Below, one piece after another: positions 13,101-25,900 of a stretch of 64,000 bases of DNA. The DNA is taken from contig CM120648.1 in NCBI GenBank assembly GCA_051362555.1, positions 7,436,587 through 7,500,586 on the forward strand, read 5' to 3'. Made by a program: the position numbers and the translations under genes. Below the pieces are notes generated by a model. The model saw only the letters and a program-made list of their open reading frames with translations, made no database searches and was not told the DNA's origin. Source of the DNA: Lingula anatina. Lineage: Eukaryota > Animalia > Brachiopoda. Position 1 is the stretch's first letter, and each line of letters begins with the position of its first letter.

Positions 13101-16100
13101 CGCAAACCTGCATTTTAGTTGCCTCTCGTCACCATAAGGGTGGTTTTCACAGAAACTATTACTGTATAAATTTCAAGAAATAGATCCTTGATTGCAATAC
13201 CCCATCAGATTTGGCATCATAGCGTTATCTCGGGCTAAGCTGTTGGAAAAAATGGGAGGGGTGGAGGTTGGGGGTGGGGGAGATAAGGGATAACATATGC
13301 TTTCTCCTACATAACCAAGGGTGTGTTCACAATGAAAGTATGATACTGAGCTGGATCAATCTCCCTCGTACGATAGTTCCATTGTGAACGCACCCCAAGA
13401 CTTCCGATTGCCAAGGTAACAAAGGTTAAGCACTTACTTCCAGGTGCACTGCTGAAATGTTTTGTGCTCAAAAGACAGGACTTTTAATTGCCAAAGTTAC
13501 CAAGGTCAAGTTTGCACTTCCTAAGCTTGATGTTAAAACGTCTTACGTCAAATTTGTTCAGAATACAGTACTTTTGCATACTAGTTGCTAGACACTTCCT
13601 TCCTTTAATGAAATTTGTTTCTTTCAGTGTAAATATGTGTGAATATGTTATTACTGCTCACTTGTTCAAAAAAATTTGTATATAAACATTCTATCTATCT
13701 TGCAACTTGGAAAATATGACAAAGTTTTAAACATTACTATGATATATATTTCTGATTTTCATATGTTTTTGTACAGTGTTATTTTCTTTCTATTTACTTT
13801 ACCTTTTTGATAAATGAAGAACTGTGCTGATAAATGTCAGACTGAATTTCAATGTTATCAACATTTGTTTTGTATCACATAATAATAATTTAAGAAAAAA
13901 TGCAACAAATAGAAAAAAAGAACCTCTGTGAAAGAGGCTTCTAGTCTTGAAGCTCCAGTCCCACCCTTCCACTTTGTTTAAAAAGATGATCCTCTGTACT
14001 TTTAGATCTTTTTCAATTTCCACCAACCAGGGACTGTTAAAAATGGCACCTTACCCCCCTCAGCTTGGCAGACTCATGTGGACTTAATTAGGCCTGAGAA
14101 TACATCCTTGGGCTGATGGTTTATCTTTGTTTTTTTGCCGTTACCACGGAAACCCTCTGTCCCAGCAGACTTTGTAACGCTCAAACAGACTGCCGTCTTA
14201 AATTGCCTCGCCTGTGCTTATATCACTTTTCTACACTGAGTTAGGACATGTTACACAGAGAAGACGTCAAACAAGAGGCAGCTAGTGGAGCTGACACCTT
14301 GGTTAAAATATATCTTTAAGTTGAAGGTTCCTAAACAAATTTATACGATGTCGGTTCTAACTGTGACGGACTGGGTGACTTCATTCTCAAGTAAAACCTA
14401 AGCATCAGTAAAACTGACTTTTTTCCTTCTTTCCTTTTCTGTTTAGTGCAATATATAATAAATGTTAAATCAAGCACCTTGGGAATTAATGTGACTTTTG
14501 AAAATATATCTTTTGTGATCACTTTTTAAATTTTCTTATCATTTCTAATTCTGGTATGAAATCTGAAGTGGCTTAACAAACTTTTAAGATGTTAATACTT
14601 TAATCTTTAATAACAATGTGTCACTCTAACATATTTAACAACATCCAGATACAATGAAAATGACAGTTTCTTAAAAAAACAAAATCTTTAAAATTTAACA
14701 AAAAAATACTAATGAATAAAATAAATAAAGTAAATAGTACCTAGTAAGAATCTGTCCTGCAATCTCCGAAACCAAGCGAAGGTATCAAAGTTGACGACCC
14801 GCTTCCTCATTGCAACAGTTTAACAGCGAATACATCAAATAAAAAAAAAATCCAGCTACTTTGTAAATAACTGTTTAAGCCGCGTCCCTGCTGCGATATT
14901 ATTGTCTTCTTCCCACCTGTCAAAGCAGTAAATTCATCAAGCATATATTTATCATGAGTAGCTCCGATGAGTAATCAAGACCCCCGTTTGTTCAGACGAC
15001 GCTCTACGACCCACTACGAACACACACACACACAAACACAGAGTATCCTAGAATCATACATGCAGTCTCCTTATCCAATCTTCAGCGATTCATAATGATA
15101 AATACGCACTCCATTAAGCTTGATAAAGACTACGCAAACACCAGTGTTAGACATTTATGATCCTAGCATTACTGAATCTCCAAATAGATAAAATAGACAG
15201 GGTCTAAAAACAGTTATATTCTTGGGTGGATTCTTCACAAACACAGAGACTATCATTGATAGCAATTCCTTTGATGAAACAAACTTGGAGAGACACACGT
15301 TTCACAACTGGCGAGACAAGTTTAAATTTCCTCCCAAAGAAAACGCACGGGATGCACCTTGAGTTGAGAATGGTTTTATGACAGATGCACAAAAACAAAT
15401 ATGACATTAATTTCCTTACACGTAATGCGCACTGTAGTTAAAAAAACAAAATTGTTACAGCTTTTCAATTAAAGAGCAATTCTAAGTGGCTTGCTGTGTT
15501 AGGTAGAAGATACCATCTCGGCCATCCAAGCTAAGTGAGACTAATGAATTTGTTTAGCTACATATACACACAGCCTTTTATCTACTTTACTCTTGTCAAT
15601 GTAATTTCCTGCATATTAAAACCCATTCAACCAATTTGTATACTTAGATATTAACTTTATAGAAGAAGGGTACACAAAAAGAGATGGTGTAGAATTGCGC
15701 AGATGTTTAATTTGGCCCGAGATATGAGATATGGAAAACTCAACCATCTGCTGAGAGTCTCTCTCTGTAAGAGCCATCTCTTTCTCAATAACTGTCTTAT
15801 AGCTTTTATCATTGGACAACACATGGTGTATATTAAATAGGGTAAATTTGAGGCAAAATTATGTTCTAGAATTCTTAGGTGTTAGTTTTATCAACAGGTG
15901 TTACATCTGGGTGTACGGAGCTTTAAATTCATTGAGAGTGCCTGGTAAGGTGTTGGCCAAAATACCCCCCCCCCCCCACACACACACACCCTGTATGAAC
16001 CCCTCCTAAATTTTCTAATTTGTATGTTATGCTGTCAAGAGAGAATTTGTGCTTAGTAAAGAATATGTTGACAAGATAAGATCCTGATAAATTTTAATTT

Positions 16101-19100
16101 TTTAAAATTATTTTCTTCATGATTATCAAACATAATAAAAAGAGAGCATGAGTACCTAACAAGTTCTAATTTTGAAAAAAGCATATACAGTAGTGACTTA
16201 TCTGAGTACAAGTAATTTATAAACAAATAAATGGATATAATTATCATTTCAAGACAGTTTGATTACACTGTAAGAAACCATAAAAGCATACTTAACACGA
16301 ATCAAAAACTGCATAAAACTGAGCCAAAAAAAATAATACATAAGAAATAAAATAAACTAACATTGTTATAGACATTGGAATATATATAACATTGTTATAT
16401 ATATTCCAATGTCAAGGTTCACTTCCTCTCTTACCAGTACATAAAGCAAGAGAAAAATATGACAAATTTGCACTGAGACTAGATTAATTTACAAAGTTAT
16501 TGGCCAATTGTCATAACTGTGCTGCTAAGGAGGCGTCAGGGATGGCCATAGGGGGACAACTATCTACCCTCACATGTCAACCCTAACAGTAAATATTCCC
16601 TTAACAACATGTCAATTGCGTTCCTTTGTCTGCTCAAGTAGAAGCAATTTCACAGCTCGTAGGTCTCATTGTTGGCATTTACCCCCGCCGTCCAAAGACT
16701 AGATTATGGAAGAATTAATTAATCATGTCAATCAATGGAAGGACGGAGGATCAATCGGGGGAAAATATTAGTACATAAAATATCACATGAGGAGCAAGAC
16801 TTGTTAACTGCTCATGGGTGTAACTGACGAAAAAAAAAAAAAGTAAGACTGTCCATTAGGAAGATGCAGTGAAGCTTTACTCCCATGGGTCGGTTCAGGC
16901 AAAGAACTCGAGACCAAAACATGTCTTCCTTCTTGACGCAAGATAAATCAGTGGTATCCTATGACATATTGAAGCGATGTTGTAAAAAAGAGAGAAATAT
17001 TTTACATAAATAATTACAAAATTTTAGTGGACTACTGAAAATTCATTGGAATTGAAATTGACAGAAATATTTATCTTATTTAAATTTTTTATCCAATTTC
17101 ATTGGCAGTTTTTGCCAAATGAGTTTTTGCCAAATGAGTAAATGGGATTACAGATAACTAATGCCCACGAGGCGTATTTCATGCAACTTTTAATTTCCTT
17201 ATTAAAAGCTCAGAGCTTTGATATCTATAACACTGGATGAGCTAGGAAGCTGGTCGATTAAAGATCATATGAAAATTTAATTGGAAAGTCCATCCCTATT
17301 AATTGTTTTTCTCACACTTTCCAAAAACACTGCACATATTACGTACCCAATGATGTAACTTGTGAATAATAAGATCAATGGAACCATTGGTTGAATTTTC
17401 CATCTTACACCTTTCAAGTTCTCCGATAAAAGATCAAATTATACAACCAAATGATGCAACAGGAAAATAAAAGATCAAATGTGGAAATTTTGGTTGGTTA
17501 AACAGGTCATCAAATGCCTATATACATTCCCACACCCACTCAGAGTTTTAAACGATTATGCCAAATGACATAACCGATGAAAGTATTTAACAAACCATGT
17601 GTTGACACAGGGGGAATGTTTTCATAACTATCACGGAGATTCAACCCCTTTTGTGTGGCCATGTTTAACAGGCCCCTCATCCTTTATTGAAAACCATATT
17701 TACAGAGTCTGTTTAGCCAGGTGACGGCGTATCCCCCTGGTGGATCTATTATGTCGTCTGTCGCTCTACGCCAACGATTCTCCATTGTCAACTAATGGAC
17801 CAGTGACAATGGGGACCGAGGACCTCCTCTAAAATTTGGACTGTCTACGATGTCCGATCAGTATTGTGTAATCCCCTCCGTGCTTCCACTTTGAGGGAAT
17901 TATGGTAGAAAGTGTAAACAACTTTGGTGACAACGCCATTAAAAGACTTGGTTAAATAGTTATGGCAGGGGATCTTCTGTCAGTGCAAACAAATGGTTAA
18001 AAGGGCGCTGTTTGGCTGTTTGTGGAAATGGCAAGATTTTGGGAGGGGGTCTACTGGTACCTTATTGATGTAGATTAGAATTAATATATTACAATTTTGC
18101 ACAATCTCATCTATCTTTTATGTCCCCTTCTCCAATTCTCCTCCTACCCCCCTTGCTTTTAAAAGTATGATAATTAACACCTTTTAATTTCCTGAGTTCT
18201 TTTAAACTTTGAATGACTCATTAATACTGGTGGGTACTTGGGTAATTTTGTTTTGAGATGTTGCACCTGTTTTATATGTTTAGATAACTGTTTCTTTTTC
18301 CAAATTTTGATCCATCTTTTTCATTCATCTCTTACTTTATCTAACTACATGACTCACTATAGATTATCTTCAAAATTTTTCAATAATTCATTCATGTCTC
18401 TCTGAGTTTACTCTTTTTAAGTGCCCTCTCTCCCAACAAACCAATCCCCCCTGTCTCTAGTCCCCCTCCCTCCCCTTTTTACACCCCCTCCCCCTTTTTC
18501 TTACCCCCCCCCCCTTTCTAACATACCAATATTCAGTAGTAGTACAATGATGAGGGATTATTTTATCTGCAAAAATTGTATTTACTCATGTTTTGTCATT
18601 TCAATCAAGTACCTACTCTAAGCTTAAACATACACATTTAAAATTACTTTATTCCTGAATGACAGAATGAACACCCCAGACGCACATGGGGTATAAAACA
18701 CACAGGGAGGTAGGGTCTTAAGGCGAAATTATTCCCATGAAGATGGAGACAGGAGACTTTTCTTCAGAGGTTACACAAGCATGCCAGGATGATAATGATG
18801 GTGTCAAGAATGAATAAAATACAATCAATTATAACCTGTGTTTATCCTTGGCAGTTGCAGATAACCCCTAGCTACATGGGAACATCTTTCCGATAACCTT
18901 CTTATGACAAAAAGTGGAATCTTTTTTATCATAAACCAAACAGATATTGACAGAAGCATACTGATAGAATGAAATTAGAATTCTCCCTCATTTTTTTATT
19001 CATTTCTCAATTTCTATTGTTATTAGTTTTATTAAATTATTTTATCTTGGAATATGAGGACATTAAAATGGAAATGATACATAAATGTCCTTAGCAATAA

Positions 19101-19909
19101 ATTATAGTGATTGCAATAGTGATAAGTGTAAAGGATACGCTCTGCTCTTCTTGCACCTTAACACACACAATGAAACTAAGGTAGCATGACACCATGGCGA
19201 TATGACAAACGAAAAGGAATCTCTCTTGTCCACAAAGACTAATTCACGTCACAGTCAAATACTGTGAGAGCCGCAGTGTAAAAATGAGCGCAAGGAGATC
19301 TTTAAAATGAAGAGGCATTTCTCTCTCCCGTAAGCAGATCAGATCCAGCAACTGTCAAACAAATGGGGAAGTTGCCACAACAGACGTTGCACATCTCTGC
19401 ACAAACAGCAGAAAATCCCGAGTTTATCCTGTGTACAATGGGTCCTAAACCAATATCAGGACACGATTGAAAGACCCATATATTTTATACAAAGACACAA
19501 ATAGCAAGTTGACACATGTTACAGTTAGTATCTCTGTATAACAAAAAATCATGTCGCACTGGAGATACATGATTTTCTCTTATACAAACCACCAAATCAA
19601 CCATTTTAGCTCCTGGATTAGAAATACCTTTATTTCAAACAAAGATAAAAATACCAAACTGACTACCATCTTCTAATATATGACCACATCAGTGTACTTC
19701 CCACAGAAACTTAGAATAATGGCACTTTGAATGAAATCAATGAATGCTACAATGTGAAAAAAAAATGATATCAGAGTTAGACACACATATCATAAAGAAG
19801 ATAATCTTGTCTTTTCCCCATAATCCCTTATCCTAAATACAAATCTATGCATTTTTTTTGGTTTTTGTCCTTATATTTTGTGACATCAGATTCTTCCACC
19901 AACAGAGAC

Positions 19910-19940
<31 letters not shown>

Positions 19941-22900
19941 CGGATGCCCTGTTTCTGAGTGCCAATCCCCTGACAGAATCTTTTGATTGTACCTTTCAAT
20001 GCGGATGCTCGTCAGCCAGCATATAGAATCCTAGACTACTGATTATCACAGGAATCAAAACGATTGACAATCTTTATATTTCAACTGGTGCCTAAATACT
20101 AGTTACAACAGGAGTCCACCACTATATGCAACATACAAGCGCGTTGTATTGAGGCAAAGCCAAGATATAATTTGCTCTTTTATGTTGCATATAGCAGGCG
20201 ACGATTAGTCGTATCCCAAAAGAAAAGACAAGTTTATCGCATAGTTGGAGCTTCAAACAGTAGGGCATTTTGTTCGGAACGTGGTGAAGGGTGAGAAAAT
20301 ACAGGCGAGCACGTCAGCAAAATGCAAGTGCAATTATCCTATTGTTTGAAGCGCCAACTGTGGGATAATGATTAAAAACAACATGACTGTTAGAAAATTA
20401 ATTAAAAGGGTAATAAGATTGGCAAAACAAATTTAAACACTTTTCAAGACAGCTTAGAGAAACTTAGAGAAAAAGTATTATAATTGTTCAAATACAGAGA
20501 GGTATTTCCGAAAAAAAAAAAAACTTCCACGTTCTTTGAGTAAGATACATCAAACAAGTAAACACTTATTTCATAAAAACATAATTATAAAATATTTTAC
20601 AGCCTTTACAGAAGCAACACCAAACAAATCTAAAATTCATTGATAAACAGACAGAAAACTAGCGATAACAATAACCTAAATTTAGGCCCCAGATGCCACA
20701 ACTTCGCTAAGACTAGATGGATGTTAATCGCAAACATCCCTACATTAAAGACGAATCCTTATCTGTGTCAGGACAAACACAGTGATAATGCTGGAGCAAA
20801 ATGGAAAGTGTAGCTGGGATGGGCTGGACTCCATATTGAAGTGTTTGCATCAAGATAACATTACAAAGAGACATGAGGGAAAAGCAGGGAGGCGATAATC
20901 TGAAGATTATCTCGGCACATCTTGATGACCCCGGAGCAAACACGTCTGCCCTGATGACGTGGATCGACTGTCAGCCATGAAAACAGAAATAACACGGGGA
21001 CAAAATTGGATGACATTGGCTTGAAATATCTCTAAGGAGTTTTTATACAAAAAGATAACTTTCGCACATGAACGTGATGACTTGAAAACAAACATGCATA
21101 ATGAAGAGTCCCGAGTTGTTTTTTATCCATGAAAACAGAAAAATGTGAGCAAACTTGGATGACATGAAGTGGATTCTGCTATTCAGTCAGGTTTTTTTTA
21201 CACAAGTGTAAAATTTCACCCTTGATAATGCCCCAAAAATAAACACATCTGCTATAAATGTCAACTGAACTTTTGGTTTTGTAGCAAAATGTGTATAAAC
21301 ATGGAAATAGATTTCAAATTGTCCTTTTATTGGTTACCTTTTTTAAACTTAAAAGATTTACTCAAATTTACACAAAAAGTTAGTTCTATTTCAATACAAA
21401 GACATCAGCAAAACATCTGTATCATTTCTAAACGCAAGACGAAGCTTTCCTACCCCAGTCAAAACATGTAAAAACATCAAAGATTTCTGCTCTGATTGGC
21501 TTTAGTTGTCTTCCTCTTGGCTCTTAAGAAGAAAAGGGTGACCATGATGACACTGATACAAGCTGAGCTGATACCAGCAGAACGATTTTTCACAAAACCT
21601 ATTGTATAAGGATGGATCAAAAAGGTACTGTCTGCCTTTCAAATATGGTAATAACTCCAAAATATCAAACAAAACTGATCAATTTTATTCCCCATGAAAT
21701 GTTTTGTGAACAATTTCTTTAAAAATATCAAAATCTCTTCAGTTCGTATCCAAGTAGTTGAGGGTTAGGGGGAGTGGGATTAACTAAAACAAGAAATCTT
21801 AATAAAAAATTCATTTCCACAAGAAGGGTGCATGAAATTTGTGGTCAAATACCATGCTGTTTATATCACAATGCCCATTTATTTCCTTATCTGTTAGAAA
21901 GATGCGCACCTGCTGGTAACAATTTTTTTCTAACTCTTTTGTCTATTTTCAGGTATCTGCCTGAGAAGAAAAAAATCACTTCCACGCTGATCATGGGAAA
22001 CGGTTGCACTTGTAGCTTTTCTCATCTTAACATATTGACTTCAATAATGCAGGTATTACTAGTACTTGATCATTCTAACACAAACATCCCCCATTAATTA
22101 ACTTTATCATTGATACAATCTGTAAGCATGGTGGAAGTTAAAAAGCTACGTCTCTGAATATGAGGACAAAAATATCCCTGATGTGCTCAAGGTCTCAAAT
22201 TATTTTGCATATCTGGTTTCATTTGCATTAGCTTGTATCACTTTTTCATTTTTCAAAAATAGTTATTGTAATAAGCAATTGAGAGGGCACTAATGAAAGC
22301 ATTCAAACATCCACTTTTTTATTTCCATTTAAGAATCAGTAAACAAAGTACAGCAATAATTAGTATCAAATGACACATCTATTTGGAAAAAAATCAATTT
22401 GCACTAAAAGGAATGATAAACAAGTCTGCATGAAGTGTAATTACTTATAATTAATTCTTTTGTATGAATGTAATCCTTTTATTAACCCAAAAAGCCATAA
22501 AAAGCCCATTTTATCAAAGTCTACAGAAAATTTCAAAAGGCAATAATACTAAATGTAGCAATTTTCTTAAATATATTTTTATTTGCATTTTTTTCAGTCA
22601 TATGCCACGTGTCTTCTTTCAAGGCAGATTAAATAAGTGACTGCCACTTTGTGATACTTACACAAGATTAATACAAAATATCATAACACGAGACACTTTT
22701 AAGTAATCCATGCAAGAAGATGTTCCACAAATTTTTTTTCTTTAACCACGCCAAGAAAATCTAGCCTTATTCTTGAATCAGAGGTCGTTCAACGCTGACC
22801 CCCCTAGTTTTCCTATGGGAAGCCTCGGAGAGAGTGAACACAAAGAAAAAGCCCCCATATCGCATACGGTTACAAGATGTCAGAAAGATAAGATAGTAAC

Positions 22901-25900
22901 ACACCATTAACTCTATAGACTACCAGTACAGACAGGTATAGCACCTCTTCAAAGACCCTTCTCCAATTACCGTGTTAACACAAAGAGAGTGACGCTTCTC
23001 GGCTCACGGGACAAAACGACAACGTTTACAGGTGCACAGATGCAACAGCGATGAGCATGGTTTATAATTACCATTACATATCAGTTAGACAGGGTAGACT
23101 ATTCCATTACCAACTATAAAAGCTTAGCCTAAACAGACGAGTGGCAATTAATTGGGTTTTTATCAAGTTTAAAAGTCAAATGTCAAAAAGTTAGATATAT
23201 GGACACAACAAAGTTAAGCAGGGCACATAATTTGCCATTAAACAAACATACAGGCATGCTCATTAGTCAACCAGAAAGAGATGATTCTATTGAACAGATG
23301 AGACTTCATGGAAGTTATCAGACTCGGTGACAGTTAATTCACATATTACTGATTAAAAACATTCAGCATCACAAAAAGGTGCACATACACTTTGAGATCC
23401 CTCAAATAATTGATGCCTGTTGATGCTACTAACGCTGAAAATTACATATACAGGGTTTAACATTACCCCTGCACGCAATTTTTCTTTCTTAAGAAGTCAG
23501 TAGAGGATCTGAGCAGGTGAATGAGGGGACCATGGGTGTCATGAGGGGACATCAGCTGCACCCCTTGTCTGACTTGTCTCCATCAGCCACCTGATTCTTC
23601 CCCTGTTTATTTTACTAGGGCTAACTGAAATCCGATCTTTATTTTATTTGTTTGATTTGATATAGAAATGGGTTGTCGTAGTGTCATAGTGGAGTTGGCA
23701 GAGTCATGTTTTCTTTTGTCCCGCGTGGCTTCTCCTCAGGTTTTCGCCTTTATTGGAGATGAAATAACTGTGCCACCGAGGGAGGGAGAGAGAGCGGGAC
23801 TTTTTTTGTCAAGCGATATTCAGCGTGTACCTCTTCAAACAGAAGAAGGAGAAAGTTTACCCTAGAACAAAAGGACCTGTTATTGAGACGATCTTCCCCT
23901 TCCCCCCCACTCCTTACGGTCATCGAGCTTGAATGGCAGCCATTGATACTAGTGATGCAGTTCATCTTACATGCCGCACAATTCGGCAGAAAAGCCAGAG
24001 TCTAATGTCAACACCGACATTCAGTTAGTTTTGAGGGCAAGTCAAAGAGAAGTAATGTCAAATTAGGAACTCTGAAAAGAAGGTGCTATCCCACGAAGAC
24101 TTTATTCTCTACTCTTCCATTTAATTCAATTATTTTGAGAAGATGAGCTTTGAAAAATATGATTTTTTGCCTTTTGTTGTAATATTGTGATAACGGCATT
24201 TCTTTAAGTCAACCATCATTGTGAGCGAACAGATGTCATCTAAAGAATGTGCTTTTCGGGAGCATTTTCTTCCCGTCTCTGTTTACATGTCTCTTTAATA
24301 AATTTTATGCTTATTTTCATGAGAACAATAACTGATTGACTTTGTTATTATGCACAAAAGCTTACCTCAGGAGGAGTTCATATTTACAAAATATTTTTGA
24401 CTTTGTTTCTTTTAACCATTTTCCTCACACCTGAAATCGTATTCTCTATATTCATCAGTATATCATACAGTGTAGAATCCCCCATGGGGTGTTACAACTC
24501 ATTGATGAAGTACTAGTAAAATTTAATACTCACGCTCTTGTACTGTTGATTTGTACATTATTATTAAGTCATAATGGAAGAGGGAGTTTTTTCTTATTGC
24601 TTTATTTTCACATGCATTAGAGTTGACTTCATGTAGGCTTATGATTGAATTCAATTTGGTAGAAATTGACTTTATACAATATAAAATGCAGACATAATTT
24701 GGAGTTGAAGGATAATCTTCGATATGTACTTATATTTTTACTTTGTAAAATAAAATGTGTATAACACAGGGATTTTAGATGCCTCATAGCAGACCTGGTA
24801 CATTTACTTTATCAAACAAAGTATTTTTGTTTAAAACCTAATAAAGCTATCATTTTGCCCATCTTTTCAAAATTATTCTTTGGTACATCACCTTAAACCC
24901 CCTCCCCTCCCACCCTGGCATAGCCAAACTCAAAAGAAAAAAATTCAAATACATTCTACAATATTTACCATAACCAAACCAATTTCACAGCATATCCCTA
25001 TTATAAATCATGAACGAAAAACCGACACTTTCTGTCAAAAGGTTCTTAACCAGCTACTGGCAATATGCCCATCTTATTTGTCTGTACTCTAGGACAGTCA
25101 TCGAAAATAGAAAAGTTGACAATTAATTCTCTGCCAGTTTTCAAGAAAGAAAGAGATAAGCTCAACGAAACCCTGATAAATTTTTCTCTGATGGAAATGT
25201 CCAGGTGTCAATTGTGAGAGGTAAAAAGAGCCCAGAGCGTCGGCATGATAAAATTGAAGTTTTTCCAACAGATTGATTACACGATGATTGTTTTATCATG
25301 CTTGCAATACAATTGGCCTAGAAGCTGGATAATATGGAGCGAAACCGTCGCACAAAGCTTAAGATAAGACGATCAAAACCGATGAAACCCTTCTGAATAT
25401 CAGCCAAAGATAAATCTTCTGACTATGGTGACGTCTGCTTTCACCGTTGCTAAGATTTTAAGTGTCCTGATGCAACTGTACCTCACTCCTTGCCTCTTGT
25501 GACCTTTCTAAGTACACTGGGAAATATTTTGTGGATTTGTGCAAAGTTTATCACATCACCCTTTCTCCGTGCTCTTTTTTAACTAAAATTTTAAGATGGG
25601 AAGTTATTGCAGGAATGGGTAGTCACCAGTACAGAGAGCAAAAATGTGGGGATTTATTTCTCTATAAGAAGTCTTTTTTTACTTAAGCTATAATGCAATG
25701 ATGTACCTTATCACTGGGCTCTTTTATTGCGTCTTCACAAAAAAAAAACCCTTTTCACATTTCTTTTGCTTAAATACCATAATGACAGGCAAATCTTTTG
25801 AATTATTAACTTGGGATCCTTAAGGATTTAATATTTGAAATGAGATGGCAAGGAAGCATTGTTCGAATTGAAAACTCCATTCCAATCTTTCTTTTTAGGT

